Assembly: GCA_030704845.1 (NCBI GenBank)
Contig: JAUYKZ010000002.1
Coordinates: forward strand, 15,385 to 79,384
Direction of reading: 5' to 3'
Length of the DNA: 64,000 bases
DNA from: an archaeon
GTDB lineage: Archaea; Nanobdellota; Nanobdellia; Woesearchaeales; GW2011-AR9
The notes beneath the pieces were generated by a model. It worked only from the letters and a program-made list of their open reading frames with translations. It was not told where the DNA came from and did not search any database. A program made the position numbers and the translations under genes. Positions 28,238 to 38,955 of the stretch are shown in pieces; position 1 is the first letter of the stretch, and each line of letters opens with the position of its first letter.

Positions 28238-30760
28238 ATGCCTTTCTATGATTTCTCACAAACCTTTATAAATCAACTTCCCAGCAAAACTCTCATGAAA
28301 ATAGAATGCTATCCTTATGATTTCCAGTACAAAATAGAAGACGGGAAAACTTATGTCCAGCTATTTAGCATTCTAAAAAATGGAGAAAAAATTTGTGTTA
28401 AACATCAACATAATCCTCATTTCTTTGCAAGTTTAGAAAATGTAAAAAAAGAAGAATTTTTCAAACGGCTAGATACTCTTTCAGTAGAACGGTTAAAGAA
28501 TCCGGCTAAAGTATTAAAGTACGAAGAAGTTGAATTGGATCTTCTTGGAAAGAAAAAACCGTTTCTTAAAATCACTGCTAATTATCCCAAAGCTGTTCCA
28601 TTGTTAGCCACAGAAATTGAATCTTGGAACATTGTTTGTTACGAAAGAGATATTCTCTTCATTCATCGTTATCTGCGTGATTTTAATATCACTCCGATGA
28701 CTCTGGTTGAAGTCGAGGGAAAGTATCAAGATGACTCTTCTTTACGGGTACCTTCTTTTTTGGCTGATTCAATCAAAGTGATTCTAGATGAACCAAAAAA
28801 AGATTGGAAAATTCTTGCCCTTGACATTGAAACATATGCAAAAAAGAAAGAAATAAATCCTCAAAAAAATCCGATTTTAATGGTATCATTCTACGGAGAA
28901 TATCACGGGAAAGAATTTAGAAAGGTTATTACCTGGAAAAATTTCAATCATGAATTAGATTATGTTGAACATGTTCAAGATGAAACTGAACTTCTTAGAA
29001 GTATAGGTGATGTACTTAAAGAATATAACCCAGACATATTAACCGGATACTTTTCTGATGGGTTTGATCTGCCATATATTCAAGTGAGGGCGGAAAAACA
29101 TAAAGTACGTCTTAATTGGGGATTGGATGGAACTGAATTGATTGTAAGGCAAGGGCAAGGATTTAGGGATGCTGAATGTAAAATACCCGGTATTCTTCAT
29201 TTGGACATATTAAAATTTATAAAAAATATTTTTGGTAAAGATCTTAAAACTGATTCTTTTACTTTAAACAATGTTGCTGGCGAATTATTGAATCATCATA
29301 AGCATGATGTTAACCTTGATAATCTGGCCCACATCTGGGACAATGAACCAGAAAAATTAACGGAATTCTGTGCATATAACTTACAAGATTCTCATTTAAC
29401 GTATAACCTATGTGCTCTTCTCCTTCCAGATATGTTAGAATTTACAACAATCGTCTCTTTGCCAACTAATGACGTTATCAGGATGAAATTTAGTCGGTTA
29501 GTTGAGAGTTATATCATGCATAAAGCTGTTAATGAAAATGTGATAACTCCAAATAAACCAAGTGATCATGAAATTAGTCAAAGAATGAATGAGTCAATTC
29601 AAGGAGCTTTTGTTTATCAGCCAATACCGGGGATGTATAAAGACATTGCTGTTTTTGATTTCAGGTCTCTTTATCCAACAATAATCACTGCTCATAACAT
29701 TAGCCCGGAAGGGTTCAGATGTAATTGTTGTAAAGATAGAAAACATGTTCCAGGCAAGGAAGAGTATTGGTTCTGCCAGGAAGAAAAGAAGTTTCTACCA
29801 ACGGTTCTTGAAGAACTAATCATTCGAAGATCAACGTTAAAAGAAAAAATTAAAGAACTGAAGAATAAAGGTGATGACACTAAAGTTCTGGAAGCACGGT
29901 CGTATGCCCTTAAGATTTTAGCCAATTCATTCTATGGATATCTTGGATTCTATGCAGCAAGATGGTATTGTATAGAATGTGCGGCTTCAACTACCGCTTT
30001 TGCTCGTGATTATATCCAAAGAACTATTAGTGATGCCGAAAAAGAAGGTTTTAAAGTAATTTATGCTGATACTGATAGTTGTTTTTTAGTTCTTGGTGAG
30101 AAAATTTTGGAAGATGCAATGAACTTTATGGGAAATGTAAACAGAACTCTTCCTGGGCTGATGGAATTAGAATATGAAGGTTATTTCCCGAGGGGTATTT
30201 TTGTAGGAATAAAAGGAAAAGATATTGGTGCAAAGAAAAAATATGCTCTTCTTCGTGAAAATGGAACTACTAAAATTACTGGATTTGAAATGGTTAGAAG
30301 AAATTGGTCTCTATTTGCAAAAGAAGTTCAAGAAGAGATTCTTAAATTGGTTCTTTCTGAAAAAAATAAGGAAGCCTTAATTTATATTAAACAAAAAATT
30401 GAAGAATTAAAAGAAGGTAAAGTTCCATTAAAAAAATTAGTTCTTAAGACTCAACTTACTCGCGAGATTTCTCAGTATAAATCAATTGGTCCACATGTAG
30501 TTGTAGCTATGAAATTGGCAGAGAAAGGTGAACCAGTTATACCTGGTACAGTTGTAAGATACATCATAACTAATGGTTCTGGTTTGGTTAGAGAGAGAGC
30601 ACAAATTCCGGAAGAATGTAAGGAAGGCGAGTACGACGCGGAATATTATCTCAATCATCAGTTATTGCCAGCGGTATCAAGCATTTTTTTGGTTCTCGGT
30701 TATTCTGAAGAAAATTTACTTGGGAAAGCTGAACAAAAAGGATTAGGGGACTTTTTTTAG
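28238..30760 (+). CDS. polB: family-B DNA polymerase
   Basis: Exo I LALDIET, Exo II-like FSDGFDLPY, pol motif A DFRSLYPTII, motif B ILANSFYGYLG and motif C YADTDS. Confidence 0.9.
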   Translation: MPFYDFSQTFINQLPSKTLMKIECYPYDFQYKIEDGKTYVQLFSILKNGEKICVKHQHNPHFFASLENVKKEEFFKRLDTLSVERLKNPAKVLKYEEVELDLLGKKKPFLKITANYPKAVPLLATEIESWNIVCYERDILFIHRYLRDFNITPMTLVEVEGKYQDDSSLRVPSFLADSIKVILDEPKKDWKILALDIETYAKKKEINPQKNPILMVSFYGEYHGKEFRKVITWKNFNHELDYVEHVQDETELLRSIGDVLKEYNPDILTGYFSDGFDLPYIQVRAEKHKVRLNWGLDGTELIVRQGQGFRDAECKIPGILHLDILKFIKNIFGKDLKTDSFTLNNVAGELLNHHKHDVNLDNLAHIWDNEPEKLTEFCAYNLQDSHLTYNLCALLLPDMLEFTTIVSLPTNDVIRMKFSRLVESYIMHKAVNENVITPNKPSDHEISQRMNESIQGAFVYQPIPGMYKDIAVFDFRSLYPTIITAHNISPEGFRCNCCKDRKHVPGKEEYWFCQEEKKFLPTVLEELIIRRSTLKEKIKELKNKGDDTKVLEARSYALKILANSFYGYLGFYAARWYCIECAASTTAFARDYIQRTISDAEKEGFKVIYADTDSCFLVLGEKILEDAMNFMGNVNRTLPGLMELEYEGYFPRGIFVGIKGKDIGAKKKYALLRENGTTKITGFEMVRRNWSLFAKEVQEEILKLVLSEKNKEALIYIKQKIEELKEGKVPLKKLVLKTQLTREISQYKSIGPHVVVAMKLAEKGEPVIPGTVVRYIITNGSGLVRERAQIPEECKEGEYDAEYYLNHQLLPAVSSIFLVLGYSEENLLGKAEQKGLGDFF

Positions 30761-30833
30761 TTAAACTTAAATCTCCCGTTTTCACAATTTAAATAATATT
30801 AGAATAATATTGATTAAGATTATTTAATATCAA

Positions 30834-31379
30834 TCACCCAACATTTACACTTTCAAATCCATCGGAAACAAATAATTCTGAACTGCCAGTAACCATTCCG
30901 GTTAAAAGACTACCTTGGTTCAACTTAAATGAGGAGGAAACTACTTTTAATCCATCAATAAATAAAACTTGTTCGCCGTCTTTCTTAAACGTATAAACTA
31001 ATTGTGTTTTAATCCCATTAAACAAAAAGACGTCTTCAGCTACCATCGGTGGTGTTCCGGTCACTAATTTATGTTCCTCAGAATAATATTTAATTGCAAA
31101 TCCGGGAAGTTTCTTAGATGCAAAAAGTAAAACAATTGAGTCAATGGGTTCTTTAAAATAGTTTTCATTGAGAATTCCAGAAAAAGTTCCTGCTTCAGTA
31201 GTAGGAAAGTCAATTGGATAACTGTTTAGAGTTTCATCAATTGGTGGGGTGGCTTCGATTAAGAGATTATCTTCCGAATTTGTTAACCAGAAAGCAAAGG
31301 AAGCAGATAGCACAATCACAACCAAAGCAACATGCAATCCTAGCGAGAGTTTTTTCTTTCTTCCTTTTTTTTTCACCAT
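30834..31379 (-). CDS. hypothetical N-terminally anchored protein
   Basis: 181 aa. Basic N-terminus plus one TM helix. No motif recognised. Confidence 0.4.
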   Translation of the reverse strand: MVKKKGRKKKLSLGLHVALVVIVLSASFAFWLTNSEDNLLIEATPPIDETLNSYPIDFPTTEAGTFSGILNENYFKEPIDSIVLLFASKKLPGFAIKYYSEEHKLVTGTPPMVAEDVFLFNGIKTQLVYTFKKDGEQVLFIDGLKVVSSSFKLNQGSLLTGMVTGSSELFVSDGFESVNVG

Positions 31380-31493
31380 CTTTACTGAAAGTAATTAATT
31401 GAGATTTAAAAAGTTTGTGTTGAAGCCATTGAAGCTATAACTGCAAATATAACTGCAGATATCTTTATATACTTTTAATAGTCTTTATAAACC

Positions 31494-32318
31494 ATGGATA
31501 TTGGTGGACAAGCAGTCATACAAGGCATTATGATGCGAAACAAGGAAAAATTCTCTGTAGCTGTAAGATTGCCTAACGGTAAGATCAAAATAAAAACTGA
31601 GAGAAGCACATATTTCCCAAAGTTCTTCAACGTATTCTTTGTTCGGGGAATGGTCGGACTAATGTATACTCTTTATGATGGCATCCGAGCATTAATTTGG
31701 AGTAGTAATCAGCATGCGGATAAACATGAAAAATTATCTAAGAAAGAAATTATCGGAACTATCTTTGTTTCTTTTTTAGCATCCATCATCTTCTTTATAG
31801 GTTTGCCATTTCTGGCTGCTCATTTAATTAATTCAGGAGATTTTTGGTTTGACATTTTAGATGGGATATTTAGAGTATTACTTTTTATTGGGTATCTTCT
31901 AGCAATCTCTAGAATAGAAGATGTTAAAACTTTGTTTCAATACCATGGAGCTGAACATAAATCTATTTTTTGTTACGAGCAGGGAAAAGAACTTACTGTA
32001 AAAAATGTTAAAGATTGTTCTCGTTTCCATCCACGTTGTGGAACAACATTCCTATTCGTATTAATTCTTCTTTCAATCTTTATCTTCACTTTAATCCCCG
32101 GAGCATGGTGGATGAAATTACTTGGAAGGATTGTTCTTCTTCCGATTATATCTGGGATTGGTTATGAAATAATTAAATTTGCAGGAAAATATTCTAATAA
32201 TGTTATTATGAAAACACTGATTGCTCCGGGTTTATGGCTTCAGAGAATCACGACCAAAGAACCTACCGACGAACAATTAGAAGTAGGAATTGCTTCATTG
32301 AAAGCAGTTTTAAATTAA
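31494..32318 (+). CDS. DUF1385-family membrane protein
   Basis: IGGQAVIQGIMMRN.. N-terminus and YHGAEHK motif typical of DUF1385. Several TM helices. Confidence 0.6.
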   Translation: MDIGGQAVIQGIMMRNKEKFSVAVRLPNGKIKIKTERSTYFPKFFNVFFVRGMVGLMYTLYDGIRALIWSSNQHADKHEKLSKKEIIGTIFVSFLASIIFFIGLPFLAAHLINSGDFWFDILDGIFRVLLFIGYLLAISRIEDVKTLFQYHGAEHKSIFCYEQGKELTVKNVKDCSRFHPRCGTTFLFVLILLSIFIFTLIPGAWWMKLLGRIVLLPIISGIGYEIIKFAGKYSNNVIMKTLIAPGLWLQRITTKEPTDEQLEVGIASLKAVLN

Positions 32319-32342
32319 TCTATTTTTAGAATGATTATGGAC

Positions 32343-33497
32343 TCATCTATTTCTTTGATAATGACCTATTTTATCATTTACCGCCCTATAGAAATTCCAG
32401 CTCGGCATTCGATCATGACCTATCCAATACGTTTCCCAGTTTCCGGTTTCTAGGAAACTCAAATGATGAAGAATTGTTGGTTTATTTGATTTAAGTTTAG
32501 TTTGAATTTCAACCAACCTTTTATGAGAAGAACTGACTGTTCTTGGTCCATTCCTTTTTGCGGAATAATAAATTAATTTGGTAATATCGTCTTCAGAAAC
32601 AATTCCGGGTAATTCTTTCATTAAATTAATTCCAATTTGTTCATCATAACCCCCAGAAACCGGCTTAAGTACACATTTATCATAAGTATCAATGCCGTCA
32701 ACGATAAAAGCTCCAAGGAAAGCTGATTGGGCAGCTATATCTCCAATTTCTTGGTAAAACAATCCAGCAAAAATAAAGGCTGTGTCATCGGAAGTGCCGT
32801 CACCTTTTTTTCTTCTAATATAAGCTGGTTCGGCTCCAGGATGACTCTCCTCTACAATAATTCCTTTTGCCCTAAGGTCTTCAATATCTTTATCAGTAAA
32901 TTCTTCATGAGCTAACCGATCAAAACCTAGAAAATTCCATTGAAGAACTTTATCTTTAATTACGGGATACATTTCTCCCCCGCCAATTAAGATGGGTTGA
33001 TTTTCAATTGTTAATGGATGTTTTTCAATAGTTTTCATTCTCCATCCATAATTATCCATGCATGCTGCAAGAGTCATACCTTTCAAGGCATATTCTGGAT
33101 CTATTTTATATTTTTTAAGACAATTAACTCCCAACAAAGGTCTTCCTTTTAATGTTAAATCATTTACTTGTCCTTTCTTTGCTAATTCTACCCATTCAAA
33201 GACGTCATCGATAAGACCCTGACGAATAGCTTTTGTAGCAGTAACATCCATTCCAGCAGCAGCAATTATATCTGGCAGAGTTACATGTGGGTAAGATATA
33301 CCTTCTCTGTGAAATCTTTGATGGCCGTTTTGAGCATGGCCTAGAACCGATTGCACGACTAAAACATTTCTAAGACTTTCATCGATAGCGAGAGAACATT
33401 TATTTAAGGTTTCTTCTAAATCTTCAGAAACTAATCTTCTAAAAACAGGATCGCTAGAATCAGCTACACCTAATTTAGGTTCAGAATCATCCGGCAT
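32343..33497 (-). CDS. hypothetical protein
   Basis: 384-aa clean ORF directly downstream of rad50. No Mre11 phosphoesterase motifs (no GNHD/GDxHD) and no other motif recognised. Confidence 0.45.
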   Translation of the reverse strand: MPDDSEPKLGVADSSDPVFRRLVSEDLEETLNKCSLAIDESLRNVLVVQSVLGHAQNGHQRFHREGISYPHVTLPDIIAAAGMDVTATKAIRQGLIDDVFEWVELAKKGQVNDLTLKGRPLLGVNCLKKYKIDPEYALKGMTLAACMDNYGWRMKTIEKHPLTIENQPILIGGGEMYPVIKDKVLQWNFLGFDRLAHEEFTDKDIEDLRAKGIIVEESHPGAEPAYIRRKKGDGTSDDTAFIFAGLFYQEIGDIAAQSAFLGAFIVDGIDTYDKCVLKPVSGGYDEQIGINLMKELPGIVSEDDITKLIYYSAKRNGPRTVSSSHKRLVEIQTKLKSNKPTILHHLSFLETGNWETYWIGHDRMPSWNFYRAVNDKIGHYQRNR

Positions 33498-33559
33498 TAT
33501 TTTAATATGATCTGGGGATTTATAAACGTTTTGTTGTCATTGATGATACAGAATTTACT

Positions 33560-35968
33560 CTATTCTACGATTGTAACATGACCTTCTTTCCTTATCCGGA
33601 TAATGTTATCAACGAAACTTTCTATTTTGTTCTCATGAGATACAATGATTGTCTGCTTTAGATTTAGCCTATCTAGAACATCTCTAACTTTATCCAATTG
33701 TTCGGTGCTAAAACCATCTGTTGGTTCATCAAGAATTAGAATGTCCTTTGTTTTAATATCATGGACAACATCGTTTATAACCCTATTTAAGGCAAGTCTG
33801 TAAGCGAGAGAAGCCGAGGTTTTTTCCCCTCCGCTTAAATTCTGGAAAGCAATTTCATAACCATTCTGTTCAATAAGTGGCGAAAAAGTTCCATCAATTC
33901 TTGCGGTGATTTCTTCTCCATCAATAAGGATTGTAAACCATTCCTGGAAAAACTGGTTGAAACTGCCATGGATTGTTGCAAGAACATGTTTCTCAAGAGT
34001 ATATGTTAACCGCAGGAAATATTCTTCCAGCCAGTGATAAGTTTCCTGAATTTTAATTAATCTAGTTTTTTCAGCAGTTATCTTCGAGATCTGCAAATTT
34101 AATTGTTCTTCGTGCTTAGTTATTCCGTTAATTTCAGTTTTAATTTGGTTTTCTTGAAGAGACTTCTTCCTCTCTTCTTCCTGTAAATTAATTAGATCTT
34201 TTCTTTCTTCAATAATTCCTTCTGTGGGATTCTCTTTAGACTTTAACTCTTCTTGAATAACATTTAATTCTTGGATCAATCTCTCTCTTTTCTGTTGCAA
34301 TTCTTTTACTTGTATTTCATTATCTTGATGATTCTTATTCAGCATTTCCTGTTTTGTTAATAGTCGTAATCCCCTCTGCTTCTCATCTATTCTTTTTGCA
34401 ATATCTTCAACAGTTGATTTATTCTCTAACTCTTGAATCTGGCTCATCATTTTATTATTTTCTTGAGCGAGGGATATCAGGCGTAGTTTCTTCTCAGAGA
34501 TTAAACTTTGCATTTCTCTTAATTGTTTTAATTCTATTCTGGTCCTAGTTAGCGTATTTTCCGCTAGAAAGATTTCTTCTAATCTTTTCTGAACATCTTC
34601 ATGCTGGGTATGGATCTGAGACCGTTTCTTCTCAAATTCAAACAAGAGGTTTTCTGCACGTGAAATCTTTTCTCCCTCTTGGGTTTGCATTAAGGTTTTA
34701 TGATCCTCCTGAACTTTTTGTAAACAAGTGGGACAAGTATCTAAAGCACCGATCTTTTCATGTGTGTGTCTTGCTTGTTCTAAAATCGTCTTATTTTTGG
34801 TTATAATCTCCTGAGTCTGTTGGAACAATTCATCCAGTTGTTTCTTTTTTTCAATAAATTCATTTTTCTTGCCAATTTTTTCTTCCAATTCTTGGTGGAT
34901 TGTTTCTTTCTCAGCAATCGTAGCCGTTTTTTCAGTAATTTCTTTTAATTCTAATTGTTCTTTTTGAATTGATGATTGGAGGTGACCAATTCTTTCTTTT
35001 AATGAAGTATTCTGTTCAAATATTTTTTTTCTTTCTTCTTCCAGAATTTTTATTTCATTAATCAGTTGTTCAGAAGTACTTTCAAAAGGAATAGATAACA
35101 AGGTAAGTTCTTTGTATGTTTGTTGTTGCCGCTGTTGGGCTTGGATAAATTGTTCTTCTACTGATTGAAATAAAGCCTGAGTCGTTTTTACTTTCTGTTG
35201 AAGAGTAACATAACCTTGTTGTTGTTGTTCTTTTGCTTCAATGTTTTTTCTTTTTTCGATGATTCTTTGCTGAAGAATAGACAGTTCAGGCATGATGGTA
35301 GCAAATAGTTTTTTCTTTTCTTCTTTCTCCAAATTGTATTTCTGTAATTGTTGCTGTAATTCCACTAGCGGTTCGATTCTAGCTTCAGTAACAGCAATTG
35401 TCATTCTCATTTGTTTAAGGAATATTTGAAGATTTTCTCTGATATTTTTGTATTTATCGATGTTGAATATTTTTCTCAATACATCCAATCTGGTTTCTGG
35501 ACTTTCTTGAAGAATGAATTTCATCTCTTCTTGTGGGGTGTAAACGGTGTAGCGAAAAAGATAATTTTTATTTTTAGTAAGAACATCATCTGGATATCCT
35601 AAAGCAGTAAGAATCTCAGATTTTAATTCAATTGGCATCAGTTCTTTTTTAATACCATCTTTAATGATATAACCGGAAGGTTGTTTTATTCCGGTTTTAT
35701 CTTTTTTCAAATTTCTTTTAATGATTAAATCTTGATTATTAACTATTAAATGAAGTTCAACCGAACCTTCTGCGGTTCCTTTCCTAAGAAGAAGTTCTCC
35801 CGGAAGATCTGGTCTTGACGTTCCAAAAAGAGCAAATTCAATTGCTAAGAGAATTGTTGATTTACCACAACCAATGTCTCCAGATAAAACAGTTGAACCG
35901 TTTGGAAAGGTTATAGTGTCACTTATATAAGACCTGATATTATGCAGTTTTATCTCTCGGAGAAGCAT
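33560..35968 (-). CDS. rad50: Rad50 ATPase
   Basis: Walker A GDIGCGKST, long coiled coils, zinc hook CPTC, signature LSGGEK and Walker B ILILDEPT. Confidence 0.85.
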   Translation of the reverse strand: MLLREIKLHNIRSYISDTITFPNGSTVLSGDIGCGKSTILLAIEFALFGTSRPDLPGELLLRKGTAEGSVELHLIVNNQDLIIKRNLKKDKTGIKQPSGYIIKDGIKKELMPIELKSEILTALGYPDDVLTKNKNYLFRYTVYTPQEEMKFILQESPETRLDVLRKIFNIDKYKNIRENLQIFLKQMRMTIAVTEARIEPLVELQQQLQKYNLEKEEKKKLFATIMPELSILQQRIIEKRKNIEAKEQQQQGYVTLQQKVKTTQALFQSVEEQFIQAQQRQQQTYKELTLLSIPFESTSEQLINEIKILEEERKKIFEQNTSLKERIGHLQSSIQKEQLELKEITEKTATIAEKETIHQELEEKIGKKNEFIEKKKQLDELFQQTQEIITKNKTILEQARHTHEKIGALDTCPTCLQKVQEDHKTLMQTQEGEKISRAENLLFEFEKKRSQIHTQHEDVQKRLEEIFLAENTLTRTRIELKQLREMQSLISEKKLRLISLAQENNKMMSQIQELENKSTVEDIAKRIDEKQRGLRLLTKQEMLNKNHQDNEIQVKELQQKRERLIQELNVIQEELKSKENPTEGIIEERKDLINLQEEERKKSLQENQIKTEINGITKHEEQLNLQISKITAEKTRLIKIQETYHWLEEYFLRLTYTLEKHVLATIHGSFNQFFQEWFTILIDGEEITARIDGTFSPLIEQNGYEIAFQNLSGGEKTSASLAYRLALNRVINDVVHDIKTKDILILDEPTDGFSTEQLDKVRDVLDRLNLKQTIIVSHENKIESFVDNIIRIRKEGHVTIVE

Positions 35969-36067
35969 GATTAAAAGAAAAAAAAGATCTTTATAGGGAT
36001 TTATACGATATGATATATAGGTCGTGTAAGAACAATCGTTATTAAAGGGTTCTTGTTTATCTAAATC

Positions 36068-37003
36068 ATGAATCGAAAAGAGGTTGCATCAAATTATTTC
36101 CTTGGGAAAATTCTCGGTTTTTTTGCTCCAATGAATGGTGGAAAAACACAGGCGGTCATAGATGAATTAGATCGAGCAAAATACTATGGATTAACTACCA
36201 GAGCATATAATCCAGCAAGTAATACTCGAGAACTGGATGCTATTGTTGTTGATGGGAAAAAGCGTTATCCTGCTAAAACGGTGGGGAGTATAGCGGAATT
36301 GCGCGATGATCTTGATAACAAGGTTAATCGGGATGTTAACATGATTGCAATCGATGAGATAAACCTATTTTGTCTTTCTGAAGAACAAACTAGAGAAACA
36401 TTAAACTTGATGTCTTGGTGTAAGGGAAACGATAAAGCATTACTTCTTTCTGGTTTATTGTATGATTTCCGTCATCTTCCTTTTGGACAGGTTCATGCAA
36501 TTTTGCCTTATGTAGATATTAAATCAGATGAAAAACCGGCATGTATGGGGGTAAGTCTTGTTGATGGTCCGTGTAAAAATACAGCTCAGCATACTCAGAG
36601 AGTTTGGTCAATGGATTTTTTGGAGGAGATGAGTTTAGGGAACGAACTTAAGACTTTTGGGAAGTTTTGTTTTCAGGATAAATCTTTGAAAGTTTTGACA
36701 GATTATGTTGCTGCTCCGTTTTTTGATAAGACTTTAAGGATAGAAGAAACAAATGACGGCAGAGTAAAATATCTTCCTGTTTGTACGGACTGTGCAGACA
36801 TTCCTTTTAAGGATGAAACCGTTGCGGTTTACAATTCAATTGTCCAAGGTGATGCTACTTTTGGTGATGTTGGACGTCCAGAATTATCGGCAGCCATTTT
36901 CAAATTTCTAGAAGAAGAGAATTGGGTACGAAGAGACAATTCTGGGACACTTAGAGCCGTTCCATTTTACCGGAATATTGTTGGTGGATTTAGTACCAAG
37001 TAA
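36068..37003 (+). CDS. thymidine-kinase-like P-loop protein with about 130-aa C-terminal extension
   Basis: FFAPMNGGKTQAVI (P-loop), MIAIDEINLF (Walker B-like) and LLSGLLYDFRHLPFG..KPACMGV..GPCKNTAQHTQR parallel the TK1 family layout. The extra C-terminal domain contains CTDC. Confidence 0.5.
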   Translation: MNRKEVASNYFLGKILGFFAPMNGGKTQAVIDELDRAKYYGLTTRAYNPASNTRELDAIVVDGKKRYPAKTVGSIAELRDDLDNKVNRDVNMIAIDEINLFCLSEEQTRETLNLMSWCKGNDKALLLSGLLYDFRHLPFGQVHAILPYVDIKSDEKPACMGVSLVDGPCKNTAQHTQRVWSMDFLEEMSLGNELKTFGKFCFQDKSLKVLTDYVAAPFFDKTLRIEETNDGRVKYLPVCTDCADIPFKDETVAVYNSIVQGDATFGDVGRPELSAAIFKFLEEENWVRRDNSGTLRAVPFYRNIVGGFSTK

Positions 37004-37065
37004 ATCCAGCTAATCCAGAATCTTCTTCCTAAAGATTTTTAACTACAGATGATTATTAGACACCT

Positions 37066-38949
37066 ATGGATGGTGACGAGTTTCTTAGGTATTGTACTCT
37101 CTATTCTGTAGATGAAAAAGTTCTTTTCTCTAAAGCTATTTCTCTTGCTAAAGAGTTATTTTCTAACAAGAAAAGATTGGCTGGGGATACGCGATATGAT
37201 CATAATCTTCGGGTAGCCTTAATTTTAGTAGAAAATAAATCTGATCCTTCAACTATTGTTGCCAGTCTTCTTCATGGTATTCTTGAATATAAAGTTGAAG
37301 ACGAGGTGGTTAAAGAGTTTGGAAAAGAGATATTTCATCTTCTTAAGGAGGTGGAAGAACATAAAGATTTGAAATTAAAAAATACAAATCTGGAAGCCGA
37401 AACTTTACGTAAAATTCTATTAACCACGTTAAAAGATATGCGGGTTATATTTATCCGTCTTGCTAAGAAGATTGATAATCTACGTACGATTGAAGTTCTT
37501 CCGTTAGAAGATCAAAAAAGAATTGCTGAAGAAGTTTTGTCGGTCTATTCTCCGCTTGCTTATCGGTTAGGTATGGAAAAAATAAAAGTTCAGTTAGAAG
37601 ATTTAACTTTAAAGATTCTTCATCCAGATTATTATCAAGAAATAACTTCCTACTTAGAAGAATCTAGAGAAGAGAGGGAGAAAAAAATTGATGATGCAAT
37701 ATCTCAAATTAATAATGTCTGTAATGGTAAAGTGGTTATATCTAAAATAAAAGGCAGACCTAAGAATTTGTATAGCATTTATCGTAAACTTACAAAACTT
37801 AATACTCCATTAAAAGAACAGTATGACCTTTTGGGAATCAGGATTATCGTGGAAGATGTTAAGGATTGTTATACTGTGTTAGGTTTACTTCATCAGAATT
37901 TTGAACCGATGGAAGGGAGATTAAAAGATTACATCGCCAACCCTAAACCAAATTTTTACAGATCGATTCATACGGGGTTAACTCTGCCTAACGAGAATGT
38001 AGTTGAAGTTCAAATTAGGACTAAAGAGATGGATGAATTTGCTGAGGAAGGTTTAGCTGCCCATTGGAGATATAAGGGGATAAAGTCAGATCAGAATTTT
38101 GAGAAAAAAATGGCTTGGCTTAAGGGGGTTCTGGATCTCCAGAAAGACCAAAAAGAATTTTTAGAGACGGTAAAAGTGGATGTTTTTGGTGACAAAATTT
38201 ATTGTTACACTCCTAAGGGTGATGTCAAAGAACTTCCAGTTAAGGCCACTTTACTTGATTTTGCTTACATGGTTCATGAGCAAATAGGTAATAGAGCAGT
38301 TGCTGGAAGAGTTAACGGAAAATTCGTTCCATTAAAACAGGTACTTCAAGCAGGTGATGTTATTGAAATTATCATTAACAAAAATCAACGTCCTAGGCGG
38401 AATTGGTTGAAAATAGTTACATCTGCAAAATCACGGCAGAAAATTAGGAAGTCTCTTAAGGAACATGAAGAACTAGCTCCATCTCATTTCCGTCTTATTG
38501 CTGATAAAGTAAAGGAAGACGTAGGTCTTCTCACGGAATCTTCAGATTTTCAGAACGCAACTTGTACTTTAGCGAAATGTTGTCAGGCAATTCCAGGTGA
38601 TTCAATAATTGGAATTGTTACTAAGCGACGTATCATCTCGGTCCATAAAAAAGATTGTCGTGCGGCATTGAAGGAAGAAAACCGATGGGTTCCAGTACAA
38701 TGGAGAGAAACGTTTAATCAAAAAATCAGATTCTATGTTGATGCTAAAGAGAGGGCTGGGTTGCTTGCGGATTTACTTCACACAATTGCTACGGCGGGGT
38801 TTGAAGTTAAGGAAGCGAAAGCTAAATTACGGGGGCAGGATGTTGCGGAATGCTCATTTTTAGTAATCCCGAGAGATTTAGAAGGTTTAAAGCAGATGGT
38901 TCTTCGAGTGCAGAAAGTAATTGGTGTCCATAAAATATTCTTTGATTAA
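37066..38949 (+). CDS. long RelA/SpoT homolog ((p)ppGpp synthetase; hydrolase HD motif degenerate)
   Basis: Synthetase motifs GRPKNLYSIYRKL, DLLGIRIIV, KDYIANPKPNFYRSIHT and VEVQIRTKEMDEFAEEGLAAHWRYK. TGS domain (IYCYTPKGDVKELP...GDVIEII) and a C-terminal ACT-like domain. The N-terminal HD region reads LLHGILEY instead of LLHDxxED. Confidence 0.85.
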   Translation: MDGDEFLRYCTLYSVDEKVLFSKAISLAKELFSNKKRLAGDTRYDHNLRVALILVENKSDPSTIVASLLHGILEYKVEDEVVKEFGKEIFHLLKEVEEHKDLKLKNTNLEAETLRKILLTTLKDMRVIFIRLAKKIDNLRTIEVLPLEDQKRIAEEVLSVYSPLAYRLGMEKIKVQLEDLTLKILHPDYYQEITSYLEESREEREKKIDDAISQINNVCNGKVVISKIKGRPKNLYSIYRKLTKLNTPLKEQYDLLGIRIIVEDVKDCYTVLGLLHQNFEPMEGRLKDYIANPKPNFYRSIHTGLTLPNENVVEVQIRTKEMDEFAEEGLAAHWRYKGIKSDQNFEKKMAWLKGVLDLQKDQKEFLETVKVDVFGDKIYCYTPKGDVKELPVKATLLDFAYMVHEQIGNRAVAGRVNGKFVPLKQVLQAGDVIEIIINKNQRPRRNWLKIVTSAKSRQKIRKSLKEHEELAPSHFRLIADKVKEDVGLLTESSDFQNATCTLAKCCQAIPGDSIIGIVTKRRIISVHKKDCRAALKEENRWVPVQWRETFNQKIRFYVDAKERAGLLADLLHTIATAGFEVKEAKAKLRGQDVAECSFLVIPRDLEGLKQMVLRVQKVIGVHKIFFD

Positions 38950-38955
38950 AAAAAA

